A DNA stretch of 63,488 bases, filler included, from Reclinomonas americana ATCC 50394 (lineage: Eukaryota): NCBI GenBank assembly GCA_048213135.1. It is 10 parts of 6 records of this genome, joined end to end, with 100 filler letters (N's around TTAATTAATTAA, not from the genome) between each part and the next. Parts side by side here need not be neighbours in the genome. Positions count along the whole stretch, not along the records: positions 3,412 to 28,090 come from PS015728.1; positions 28,191 to 30,080 come from PS015729.1; positions 30,181 to 34,606 come from PS015729.1; positions 34,707 to 45,856 come from PS015730.1; 6 more parts are not named here. One strand, 5' to 3'. Every line of letters starts with the position of its first letter. Positions within the stretch are counted from its first letter, which is position 1. The notes under the pieces were generated by a model. It saw only the letters and a program-made list of their open reading frames with translations, searched no databases and was not told where the DNA came from. Below are positions 27,972 through 40,700 of this stretch, piece by piece. Made by a program: the position numbers and the translations under genes.

Positions 27972-28090
27972 GACGACGACGACGACGAGTACGTAGACGT
28001 ACGTACGTACGTACGTACGTACGTACGTACTACGTACGTACGTACGTACCGTACCGTACCGTACCGTACGTACCGTACCGTACGTACGTA
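27881..28090. repeat. Compound microsatellite (GA)n-(GAC)n-(GTAC)n-(GTACC)n at contig end
   Basis: Seen directly. Other (GA)n tracts lie at about 23168-23223, 28209-28240 and 45696-45727. Confidence 0.9.
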
Positions 28091-28205
28091 NNNNNNNNNN
28101 NNNNNNNNNNNNNNNNNNNNNNNNNNNNNNNNNNTTAATTAATTAANNNNNNNNNNNNNNNNNNNNNNNNNNNNNNNNNNNNNNNNNNNNCCTGGTCGAG
28201 TACGC

Positions 28206-28243
<38 letters not shown>

Positions 28244-31200
28244 GGAGAGACGGAGAGCACTGCATGCAAGTACATGTTGACGTAATGCACACATTCACAC
28301 ACTCGCGCACCTTCACGCACAAAGGCTGTGGACTATTGCAATGCTTCGATACCAGGCGACAAGTGCAGCACAGAGGAAGTGGTGGTCTGTGCGTGCAGAA
28401 GAAATGCAAAGTGTGTGTGTCCAGTTCAAGTATAGTAAAAAAATTGTCACGTTCGTCGACTCTGAATCCAAGTGATACATCGTCTCGCAAGGCGCCTCTA
28501 ACTGGACCACACTTACCACACACTCGCTGTCTCCTCAGGGCGCACGCCCCATGTACGGATCCATGGGTCGTGGCGTGCATGCGAACGGGGTGGAGCGGGG
28601 CTGATCGGACAATATTAATATAAATTGTCAGACGCGGGCCGACCATCCTGTCAGTTGTAGAATAGATCAGCGTCGGGTCAGGCGACGTCAATCACAGTGG
28701 AGAATGCACTGCAGGTGTCGCTGTCGAACATACTGATCATGACAATATCATCGTCACGAAATTGACGTGAAATCGATTTCGATCGCGACAACAGCTGCAC
28801 TGCAAGCGAAGGCTCTCTCTCGAGACCGCTGGCAACAGACCCATACTACACCCACGTTCACCAGCCACGATGGCAGCGGTCCCATCAGCACCGGTACCCC
28901 AATATTTTCTGACAATTCGACACCCAAGATAAACTATCGATATCGGCCTCGTGCCCACTCCCACCCCCCTTCCCGCACCCACCCAGCCTCCCCCAATTTC
29001 ATCCTCCTCCTCCTCCTCCTCCTTGCCCCCCACCCACGGCCGTTGAGATTGCGCATTTTTTCTCGCAGCAACCAATACCAATTTATTGCTCAGAATCTCC
29101 ACCAGCATCACCCACACAACAAACAGGCTCCCTGTACCGATCGATCCAGACCGACAGCCACACATGCAGCACCTCCACCGATGTCCCTTTCCCCTCTCTC
29201 CTTCTCCGTCCCCTCTCCCCCTCTTCACCCCCTTCACCCCCTTGCACCCCTTTCACCCCCCTTCACCCCCCTTCACCTCCCTCCCTCCCTTCCCTCATTN
29301 NNNNNNNNNNNNNNNNNNNNNNNNNNNNNNNNNNNNNNNNNNNNNNNNNNNNNNNNNNNNNNNNNNNNNNNNNNNNNNNNNNNNNNNNNNNNNNNNNNNN
29401 NNNNNNNNNNNNNNNNNNNNNNNNNNNNNNNNNNNNNNNNNNNNNNNNNNNNNNNNNNNNNNNNNNNNNNNNNNNNNNNNNNNNNNNNNNNNNNNNNNNN
29501 NNNNNNNNNNNNNNNNNNNNNNNNNNNNNNNNNNNNNNNNNNNNNNNNNNNNNNNNNNNNNNNNNNNNNNNNNNNNNNNNNNNNNNNNNNNNNNNNNNNN
29601 NNNNNNNNNNNNNNNNNNNNNNNNNNNNNNNNNNNNNNNNNNNNNNNNNNNNNNNNNNNNNNNNNNNNNNNNNNNNNNNNNNNNNNNNNGAGAAAAGTGC
29701 GCCACGGCCGGCGTCCTTCGGTGATGGTGGTGTGACACACGCGCAGACGCGGTGGTGGCTGGATTGCTGCTGTCCATCATGATGAGAGTGTGGCGGCGAG
29801 CGCTCGGCGGGTTGATCACAAAAAGGAGAGGGATATCGGAAAGCGATCGGCGGCCAATGTGAAGAGAAGTGTGCGAATGTACGGCGAGGGGCGATGTGGT
29901 ATCGGGGAGGCAAAGGAAGAAATACACACACGGAAAGCGAGTTGTCTCGTCACTCGGTGAAGAGTCGAAACTTCCAATTGTAGAAGGGATCGATCGCTGA
30001 ATTGCACTTCGTATATGAGCGCGTGCCGGTTTTATTGGTGTCGTGATGGTGATGGAGGTGGGGGGAGGGGAGGGTGGGGGNNNNNNNNNNNNNNNNNNNN
30101 NNNNNNNNNNNNNNNNNNNNNNNNTTAATTAATTAANNNNNNNNNNNNNNNNNNNNNNNNNNNNNNNNNNNNNNNNNNNNTCGTGCCCGCCACCGTGAGT
30201 GTGTCGCGACCAATGGCTGCCCCCACCAACGCGCGACTCGTCCCGAATCAGCCAGCACTTGTCCGAGTCGTGCACCACCAGTATCACAGTCCACGCACTG
30301 GCGTCGCAGGTGCTGTCTCTCTGTCTGTCACTATCCTTCTTGTGGGTCGCTCACACGCGCATGTGTGTGTCACAGAGATCACGCCGTCGTGTGCTCGCAG
30401 CAAGCGCACTCTACACCTGGATCTGTTCGATTTCTGGTCGGCGCGGCCATCGTCGCCCGTCCCGCCCGCGCTCTCCTCCGCCTCCTCGGTCTCCTCCTCC
30501 AATCACACTCCACCACCCATCCGCCGCCAATACTCGCCCGTCGTCTCGCGCATCGAAGACATGCTGTTCTCCACTTGTCAGCGACCGCACACTGCCGGAC
30601 CGAGTGGCGTGCAGCTGTCGCCGTCGTCGACGCTGCGTGTGCCTGGAGAACTGCGGCTACCCATTCCACCGCCCATGGTCACCAGTGACATGCGTGTGCC
30701 GAGTTTCGTCAAGCACCACTACACATATTTCTCGCTTTCGGCCAATCGCCCTTTCGTCTCCCTCACTGTGCCACTGCATTCGTCCACTCGATATTCCCCT
30801 CCACTCCCCCTTTCCTCTCAAACCCACCTCAAGCTGTTGTTGTCATTCATGTCACTTTTCGATATTGCTCTCGTCTCCTACAAACCCAGTCTGTTACCTT
30901 CCCCTTACTCCCACTCCTCCTTATTTCGTGCACTTTCCACTGCCCGTGTCTGTTTCTCTCCTGCCGCATAGCCACCCAGCCCACCTCAACTGCCTGTCAT
31001 ATTGCTCTAACAAACCCAGTCTATTACTTCCCCCTCACTCCCGCTCCTCCCTTTTTCGTGCACCATTCCGTCTGTACTTGCCACCACCAATCGCGACTGC
31101 TCGTGTGCATGTTGCTCTGTCGCCACCCTCACTGTGCCACTGCATTCGCCAACCCTGTATTCCTCACCAATCCTCGCTCTCTCATCAGCCCACCTCAACT

Positions 31201-32420
31201 GCCCCTCATATTACTTTCGTCTCCTACAAAGTCTGTTACTTTCCCCTTACTCCCGCTCCTCCTTTCACCATTCTGCTGCCCACATCTGTTCCTCGTCTGC
31301 CGCCTAGCCCACTCTTCTCCCCCTTGCGCCTGTCTGCATTCTCCTTTCCCACCCCCCGCTCTTTCATCTCTACCCCTTTTCTTTCCCCTCCCCCTCTCCC
31401 TCACCCCTNNNNNNNNNNNNNNNNNNNNCCCTCCCCTCCCCCTCTCCCTCACCCCTCCCTCCCTCCCCTCCCCGCTCACCCCTCCCTCCCCTCCCCGCTC
31501 ACCCCCCAGGCGCCGACTCCTCCCTCCGCCTCTCGCCCGACAGCGCCCCCTCGCTCCTCTCCCCCGGCTTCGCCCACGGCCACTACTACGAGCTCGACTC
31601 CGTGGAACCCGGCTGCCTGTCTCCGATTCCACTCGCCTACTGCGATGGTGAGTGGGCCTGCCACCATCACCACCACTTCCTCTTCAACTCACCCTGCCCC
31701 CATCCACAGACTCGATTGGTTCCCGCGACTCGTCGTTCTCGTCGGTCGGCGCCATGGAGCAGAGCATGAGCAGCAGCGACGGCACGGCCAACTCGCGCAT
31801 TCTCTACCCACCTGTCGTGGCGCCGCCTCCACCGTCACCATCGTCGGCATACGTGCTGACGTCTGCACAACCGAGCGACCATTCGATCGGCCACAGCGGC
31901 GTGGTGGCGGCAGCAGAGTATTTTGACAACGTTGACGATGACGAGCGCGTGCACTGCCGTCACTGGCAGCGTCTTCACGTGCACCGCGAACCACCACCAC
32001 CCACCTCCACCGTACGTGTCTCCGAGAGCGAGTGGATGACTGTCATTCGTCGCATGGCCGTGTTGGAGCGCGAAGTCGAGGTGCGTATGTGTTGTGCACA
32101 CTGTGTAGTTTCCTCTCCAGTCGCCTCACTCCACCGTCAACAACGCACAGGCACTGTCACTCAAGCTGCAACACAGAGGCACATCAGCCGAGCGCAACGA
32201 CGAGAGTCCCACGACCACAGCACCCTTCTCGCCGTGAGCGGAGCGGTGTCACCCATTTTTTGTGTTTTTTGAGCATCGTGTGCGACTGATTTTTGACCAA
32301 GCATCACTATCTGTCTATCTCTGTATCTTTCCCCTCCTCACAGTACACAAGGTTGCCACGTTGCGTGAACAGACAGACACGTGTCGCTGCTACACTCACA
32401 CATGCAAAACACTCTGGCAC

Positions 32421-33710
32421 TTACACACGATTGCTCGACTCATCGGCCGGTGAGGCAAACGAGGCGCCACTGACTGGCGGCGCCGGCAAATTCCACAACA
32501 CTCCATCCACCACCTCGCTGAGATCCTCGAGACCATGCAACAGGTTCGCCGATAGCACTTCGCGGCTGGGTGTGCCCTGGCGCGACGGTGCTGCACAACA
32601 CAACCACGTAAAAGATCAGTTGCTACTTCCTGCGTGCACCCTCGACAACACCACAAACCTTCTGGCGCCATTGCACCACGAGCAGCACCAGTCGGTGGCG
32701 CCTCGGAGGAGTCGTCCCAGTCGCTGCCGTCCGGCAAGTCGTCGGTGGCCAAATCGCCAGCCATGGCGTCGTCGGCATGTAGGCGCCGTGGATCGAAACC
32801 AGCCTGGCGCAAAATCTCCTGCTCACGGCGACGAGCCTCCATCTCGTGCTCAAACAGAATGTCGTCCACATGCATCGGCAGTCGCGCCACCGGGTTGGCC
32901 ACCGACACAGAAGACAAGGACGGTGACGGCTGCGGTGGGCGACCGGCTGGTGGAGCACGCTGGTGGCGGGAAGGCGATTCAGTCAGGAAGAGGAACGTGA
33001 GAAAGACACAACAAACACACTGGCACAAACCAAAAGTGGTGCCGCCAGCGGCGGCGGTGGTGGTGGTGGTAGTGATGGCACAGACTGAGGAGGCGGTGGC
33101 TGCGGATTTGTGAGAACGGGAGTCCAGCGAACACATTGCACGTGCCGAACACGATACTCACCACAACCGACAGAAGCGGAGGCGGTAGAACTTGTGGTCG
33201 TGCGGCTGTCGGCTGCTGCAGACACACGAGGCGATCGAGGCAAGTAAGCATGCAGCCGTATGTTACTCGAGTGCGTGGAGCAGTGCACACATACCACTGC
33301 CGCAGGTTTGCCCTTCTTGGCGTTGGTGGCACGTCGTCGCTGGCGGGCATCACGCTCCTGCTCCTGCAAGTACGCGTCGAGAGCCTCGTCCACCGGTAGC
33401 GAGTGAGCCACATTGAGCACTTGAGGCGTCTGCACAACAAGAGGTCACAGGGCTGTCGAGGAAGGCAGGGTCATGGCTAAAAATAAAAGAACGCAACAGG
33501 AGGAGCAACAGGAGGAGGAGCTGGAGGTGCTGCCGGTGGTGGCGGCGACGGTCGTGCTGCTGCACTCACCACCGGGGCCGCAGGCGACTCGCGATGTTGT
33601 TTGGCCGCCGCTCGGCGCTTATGTCGCGCATCACGGTCACGCTGCCTGTTGTAGTCGTCCAACGCAGCCTCCACTGGCAGCGAGAAAGCTTCGTTCAAGA
33701 CTTGCGGTGT
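32421..33710 (-). CDS. Multi-exon coding fragment, probably the distal cytoplasmic tail of the giant surface protein beyond the spacer
   Basis: GT-AG-bounded exons (33570-33710, 33295-33429 and others) end at the stop at 32421. They share a repeated N-x4-6-VD-xx-L motif with the tail at 35010-35435 and lie on the same strand. Confidence 0.55.
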
Positions 33711-34706
33711 CTGTGCGCGATCAAGAATTCATCAGCAGGAGTCCAACCACGGGCCACTCCCAGTTATTCGCTCTCGCTAGCTACGCACGTCGACCTCACT
33801 GCAAGTTGTAACATACTCGCGGTCACCTTGTCTCACACAATCAATCATTGACACAACTGCGTTCTCTCGTGCTGAGACTCCCTCGTACTGACAGTGTGAC
33901 CTGCTTCTTGTTTTCTCTCACACCATAACTCGCTTGCACATATTGCTCTCTCTGCAAATAACTCCCACACTCTATCACACACTGACCGCGACTATTTTTT
34001 GCTCACTCTCACGCAATCACTCGGTCACCAACTCTCTCACTTGTTGACACACAATGGCCTCACGCCCATTCGTCGACAGTGATAACTTCTTGCACTCCCA
34101 ATCAAACACACTCTTATCCCTTCGCATTCTTCCCCCTTTCGCGTCCACACTCCCCCTAGCCCGTTCCCCCTCTCCTCGCTCAATCACACTCTTTCCCTTT
34201 GCTTTCTTCCCCTTTCCCCTCTCCTCGCTGACTCACACACTTCCCGTTTGCATTCTTCCCCTTCCCCCTTCTCTCTCTCCCCACTCTCCCTCCTCCTCCC
34301 CTTTTCCTCGCTCACTCACAGTCGTCCCCTTCTCTCTCTCCTCCACTCTCCCTCTTCATCTTTTCCCCTTCCGTCTCCGCACTCTCCCTTCTCTCCTTCC
34401 TCCTCCCCCTTCTCTTTTCCTCTCTCACTCACACCGTTCCCCCTTCCCTTCTCTCTCCACTCTCCCTTCCCCCTCTCCTCGCTCAATCACACGCTCTCTC
34501 TTCGCATTTTCCCTGTCCCCCTTCCCCTTCTCCTCTCTCTCCCTTCCCCCCCCTCCTCTCTCTCCTCGCTCTATCACACGCTTTCCCTTCGCATTCTTCC
34601 CCTTCCNNNNNNNNNNNNNNNNNNNNNNNNNNNNNNNNNNNNNNNNNNNNTTAATTAATTAANNNNNNNNNNNNNNNNNNNNNNNNNNNNNNNNNNNNNN
34701 NNNNNN

Positions 34707-37700
34707 CGACGCCGGTTGTGCCGACATCACCGCGCCTGTCATTGGTGGAACCGGAACCGTTGAGTCGTCATCGCTGTCATCGTGCTCCGACGCCAGGAGC
34801 GGGGGCACAGACGGCAGCGACGACGAAGACGACGACATGGATGCGGACAATGGCAAAGCGAGACCAGGTGCGGGAGCGACAAGCGGGTGATGCTCACTCG
34901 CCTCTCGATCCGACGACACTGGAGAGGCAGAGGAGGCCGAAGAGGCAGCTTCTGCAGCCGCAGTTGCCGCCGCCGCTGTCGCAGCAGCATTTCTCACCCG
35001 ACTATCGTGCTCAAACATCAGTGCATCGGCGTCGACACCTCGCACCGGATTCGCCATCTCGATCTCCGACGGCTGCAGCCAAAGCACAATCAACACACGA
35101 CAATAGGAAAGCAGAAAAAAAAGTGCACGCCGGTGACGACGCAACAATCGATTCGGAACCGTGGTCGTCGAGCAGCGGGGCGCGCGGCTCAGCGTCATCC
35201 CTCTCATCGAGGTCACTCTGCTGGGCGTGGTGCAGCGGGAATGGCACCTGGGACGAGTCAAACACGCGTCGCACTCCGGGCCGCATGGGCGACCGGCTGA
35301 GTGCACCGACATTGATGCTGGCCACCGGTGTTGGCGGCAACGGCTGCATCGGTGGCGGAGGCAGCGGGCTGCGCTGGTTCCGATCCACGTTGAACAGAAT
35401 GCCGTCGACATCCATACCCTGAAGTGGATTGGTGTAGGCTTGTTTTGGCACCGGCGGCAGCAGTGGATCCGCACGAATCCAGGGGGGCGGCTTGCCAAAG
35501 CGCACTGGAATGGCAGCAGTCGGCGACTGCCACGTCGACGGAGATGAGGCGGCGAGAGGTGTGGTCGGCACACGAATGGGCGACAGTGGGCTGCGCTTGT
35601 CGCTCGCCGCGGCTGCCGGCGTGTTGGCGTTCACCGCGGGCGACTCATCGAACACGCGATATGTGTCGCCGCGCGGCAACGAGAACGTGGACGGAATGCC
35701 GGCACCTGGTGGGAACAAACCCAAGCCCGCTGGTGACACGGGCGGTATCAACATTGGCAGCGTGCGCATCGGCGACCGTCCGCCCAGTGCCACACCCTCA
35801 CCCACGTCGTCCACATCGTTGTCGGCGAGCCGCAGTGGTTCTGCACGGAAGCGTGCAGCAAGGCCACCGACGCCAGCAAGAGGCGGAGCGGGGCGCTGGA
35901 AGCGCATCGGCAGTGCCAGCGGCGGCAGGTCGAGCGGCTTCGACGGCACACCGGCCACCACTCGTGGACGCTGCAGCGCCGGCGCCTCAAAGTCGCGACG
36001 GAAGAACGGATTCCGCTGCTTCTGCAGCTCACCCTCCATCATCAGTTCGTCCTCGCGACGCATACCGCGAATCGCCGGCATGCCGTACGACGGAGGCAGC
36101 AAGTCAAAGTGTTCGCGACGATCCAGCTCTCGCAGAATATTGATTCCCTCCTCTCGCGGGTCGTTGATCGCCAGCGCGTGAATACGATGCAGCGGGACTG
36201 GCGCGCCACCAGCGGAACCGCGCGGCGATAGCACAATAGCATCGTCGGGCCGGTCGCTCGGACGTGCCGCCCCCAAGGACATGTTGCGGGCAAGCGCCGC
36301 AGGTGAGGCGGCCTTGGCTCGAGTGCGTCCGCCTGCCGCCGCTGTGGGCGGGGCTGGCATCGCTGTTGCAACTGCTTGTGCCGAGTTTGCTGAGCGTCCG
36401 TCAGTGATCGCACCAGCTGCGCCGTCGGCCGGTTCCTTGCCGTCTTCCGCATTGTTGATGGCACGCAGGCTGGGCACGTAGCCGCAGCACTGCTTGAGGA
36501 ACCAGTAGAACACCGGGCGAATCGAGGACCAGAAGATGAGAATGAGCACCAGAATGATCGGAATGGCCTGAGCGCAACAGACAAACGAGAGAGTGAGCGC
36601 CGGAAGCAAAGTGGGGGTCACGACTCGCCTCATCGCTGCACGCAACAATAAAGGTGACCGTGAAAATGTTGCTCGGTTGCAGGAAGAGCTCGGAGAAGCG
36701 AGAGCCCTGCAACATGGACAACACCACGAGGCACGACAGTGCAATGGTCTCGGCAATGTTGTCCATCGGGTCAATGAACGGCTGGAGGGCAATGTGCACG
36801 GCCGCAATCAGCACCGACGCCACACCCAGCGCAATCGACCGCACAAATGGCTCGTCGTAGAAGCGCACGTAGAGTGCAATGAGAATCGTGCGGCGCAGCA
36901 CGTAGAAGACCTCCCACCAAAAGTACAGCTTGCGATAGGCCTGTTGTGCACACAAGCAGACACGCAGTGAGACCGACCGTACTATTTTTCAGCAACTGGT
37001 GGGTGTGGTCAGACGGTACCTGGAAGAGCACGCCGATGCGCCGCTGGTACTTGACCGAGACCAGCCGTCTCTTGAAGAACGAGTACACGAGGAAGACGAG
37101 CAAACACACAGGAGCCAGCGCGACCACCACCGACAACATGACGTAGTAGAAGGGCAGCCAACGCAGGTACAACTCACTGGTACACGAGACCTGCATAGCA
37201 GCAGCAGCATGTTTCAGTCCATCACACTGGCGACAACTGCAGGCGCCAGACAAGACACACACACATACCTCAGGCGCCGTAGCCACAAGCTTGTACGGAC
37301 CAATGGTGCGACAGTTGACAAACTGCAGCACCGTCTGCGTAATGTTACTGTAGCTGAAGATGAGCAAGAACACCCACGTGTTGATGAAGCGGTCCTTGCG
37401 TCCAGCAGTGAGCAAATAGGTGCCTTCGTGCGTCGCACGCAGCCGTTCGTCCACACTACGACGAAGGACGGTGACCTGGCTGCGCCAGTCACGACCTGTC
37501 ACACGAAAGGGCGACGGGTGAGCGCTCAGCATTGCAAGAAAGGAGAGACGACTGCTTTCTCGCATTCCCTCACTGTCCCCTCCTCTTTCGCATACAGTTT
37601 CTCCTTGTTCTCCTTCTTCCCATTCTCTCAACCACACCTCTCCCTTCCATTACATTCGAGTTCTCTCACTCACCTCTGGTTTTCTCTCTCGCTCTCTCCC

Positions 37701-40700
37701 TTCGTCCCCCTTCGCTCCCTCCCCCCTCTCTTCACCCTTCTCGAATCACTCACCATACTCGACAGCCCGCGTCCACCGTCGCGTGCGCACAATCTCACGC
37801 GTGGTCAGCAGGCACTGAATCAGGTACGGATGGTAGCGACGCCACAAAATGACGGTCGCCCACGTGGCCAGCACAAGCAAGCCAAACAGCGCCGGGAAGA
37901 GCACCACGATAAACGAGAGGCCGTAGAAATTGAGAGGCGCCACACATTTCGCCGAGTTGACGGACTCGTACTTGAGGTTTAGGAAGGCAAAGTAACTCGA
38001 GATGGAGACCTCCGGTCCGACAATCAGTTGCAGAGTTTGTGCAAAGTTGATGAGAATCTTGACCTTGCCGGATGACGAGCTGCCGAGCCACACCAGAAGC
38101 GCTACGTACGCCCACGCCACACCGACAATGGCCAACACCATTGGCCAATCGATGCCCTCGCAGGCTGTGTCACAAAGACAGGTGAGCGCGGCAGCCAATC
38201 GACCTTGTCCACCGAATGAAACACGCTACGCAACTGGCACACGACTTGCCCCAGTTCATCTTGCCGTTGATGCAGTCGGCACACAGAATGCCAGCACGAT
38301 CCTGTGTGCATGTGTTGTTGTCCAGGCAGTAATTCTCCGGGCATCGATACGTGCTGGCAATGTCAGGCTGCTCCACTGGCGTCTCCACAACAAAGTAGTC
38401 CTTGGTCGACAACACTTGTGTGGCTCCGGGGCACGTGGCGTACAGCGGGCACGAGAGGCACGTCAGATTGCCGTTCAAGTTGTACGAGCCTGCGTGAAGC
38501 GTCAGTCAATCAATCACATTACGTAAGGCCGCACAGCAATCGTCGCCACCCACCACTCGGACAATTCGTGCACACCGATCCAGTGACAGTCTCGCCCGCA
38601 CCGCACTTGCGCACACGCAGCTCAATCGTGTCAGACGCGAGATTGGACGACGCAAAGGTCATGGTGGTATTGGTTCCCGGAGTCGCCAGCACCACCAGCT
38701 GTGTGCGGGTGAGCACAGAAGGAAATGAAAGAGAACATATACGTACGCACACACTGATATCACTCGTACCTCGCTAAACTGCGCAATACCGCGGTCCGCC
38801 ACCGCTGTGCGACCGCCAATGACGTTTACGCGACCAGAGGTCTCAGCCGTCAGTCGCACGTCCACACCGTCGCGAATCACCTGCAAATCGTGGGAGAGAG
38901 GGGAGTTGTGCGTTGAGAGTGATGCACAAGACAAAAACAGTGTCAAAACACTGGACACGAGACACACCTGTCCGTAGGCATCGATGACTGCGACCTCAAT
39001 GATTGCCGGGAACGCCTCGCCACTCGACACCTCGCCAATGTCAGAGCCACGCAAAACGCGGACCAGTTGCGGAGCTGAGTGCACCAGGTGAGTACCATCA
39101 ATACACAGACTACATTGTAGAACACGGACGCAACGAGACGTGTACGACGCGCCGTATGCCGCCTGGTTGTCCTGGAAGGCGGCGCGCGAATCAATCACCG
39201 GCTTCTGAGTGTCCCAGAACACACCGCCGCCACTGTGTGAGAGCACCAAAAAGAAAGAGTAAGTGAGTCTGCAAGGATGCCAGGTCAGACCGCAGAAGCG
39301 GGACAACAAGCACTGACCCGCTGGTGGCATTGTTGTGCGTATAAATGCCGGTGACAACCGACGACTGGCACGACGTGTAACCGGAGCACCGAATGGCGAC
39401 GGCACCGCCGCGAATGGCCATGTTGTTGTCGAAGCACGCATTCTGCAGATCAACTGTGGTGCCCAGGGCCGACAGTCCGCCACCATAGCCGGTGCCAAAC
39501 GTCGCCGAGTTGAACGAGAATGTGCCCTTTGAGCAGAGCTGACTGCGGCTGCTGACAAAGGCCGACGCTGCAGCCCGCTGTGCCCAACCGCTACGACTGC
39601 CACCGCGGATGGCCAAGTGCGACGATGATGATGCTGCTGCTGACGAAGAGGAGAACGAGGTGGAAGACAACGCAGAGAAGCCGAGGGCCGCCAGTGTCGA
39701 CGTGGTGGAACGCGTGCCGGAAATCGTCAGCCGTTTCACCTGAGATTTGCCAAGACACCAGTCAGCACCTCACTCACACACTCACCAACTCATTCCGTGC
39801 ACGTGGGGTGGAGGAGGGTTCATACCTCGACGGCCGAGATGGCTCCTCCCGACTGACCGCACGAGTTGGAGAAAAAGTCGCTGTTGGTGATGTTGACGTT
39901 GCCGGGCATGGACTCCAGGTACAAGGCTCCGCCGTCCTTCTCCGCCGAATTCGATGTGAACGATGAAGTGTCGATACGCAAATCAGAGGCGATGCGGAAC
40001 AAGGCAGCGCCTCCGGTGATGGCCTTGTTGCTTGTAAACGAACTCAGCTGCATGCTGGTCACGCATCCGTCGGCGTACACTGCACCACCGGACACGGTGG
40101 CACTGTTCTGCTGGAACGACGTCGAGAGCAGACTGAGCACGCCGAGTCCGTTCAGACAGAACACACAGGAACCACTGCGACAGAGTATGAGCGAGTCAGC
40201 AGCAAATTGCAGTACACCTGCATCTCTGACAAGTGACGTACCGATTGGCGTTGTTGGACGAGAACGACGAATCCTGAATGGTGACACTGGACAGCACGAC
40301 AAAGAAGCATCCGCCGTCCACCAGCTGGCTTCCGGTACCCGAGTTGCTCTGTGACACCAAGTGATGAATGTCACGTCACGTGCCCAAAACAACTCTCCCA
40401 CTCTCTGCGCTCACCTTGGCCGTGAGTCGAGTGGCCACCAGCGTGGTGGCATCAACAAACATGCCACCACCGACGCCACCGGCCGTGTTGGATTCCACCA
40501 GCGTCTCCGTAATCGTGATGTACGAGGAGACCACGTGACCACCGCCACCCGATTGTACCGCCACGTTGGCAGACACCGTGGACGAGATGAGCTGCAGGAG
40601 AGAAGACACGGTGCTGATGCCGCCACCTTGCGAGGTGGCGGTGTTGCGTTGCATCTGTGTGTTTCATGAGATGCTAACACCTTGTCACATCGAGAGAGAC

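Noticed and set aside
28191..32400. Long ORFs and weak internal duplications in two small contigs
   Set aside because: Dominated by C/T- or G/A-rich low-complexity sequence and N gaps, with no recognisable domain. A plus-strand exon near 31750-32080 is possible but unsupported.
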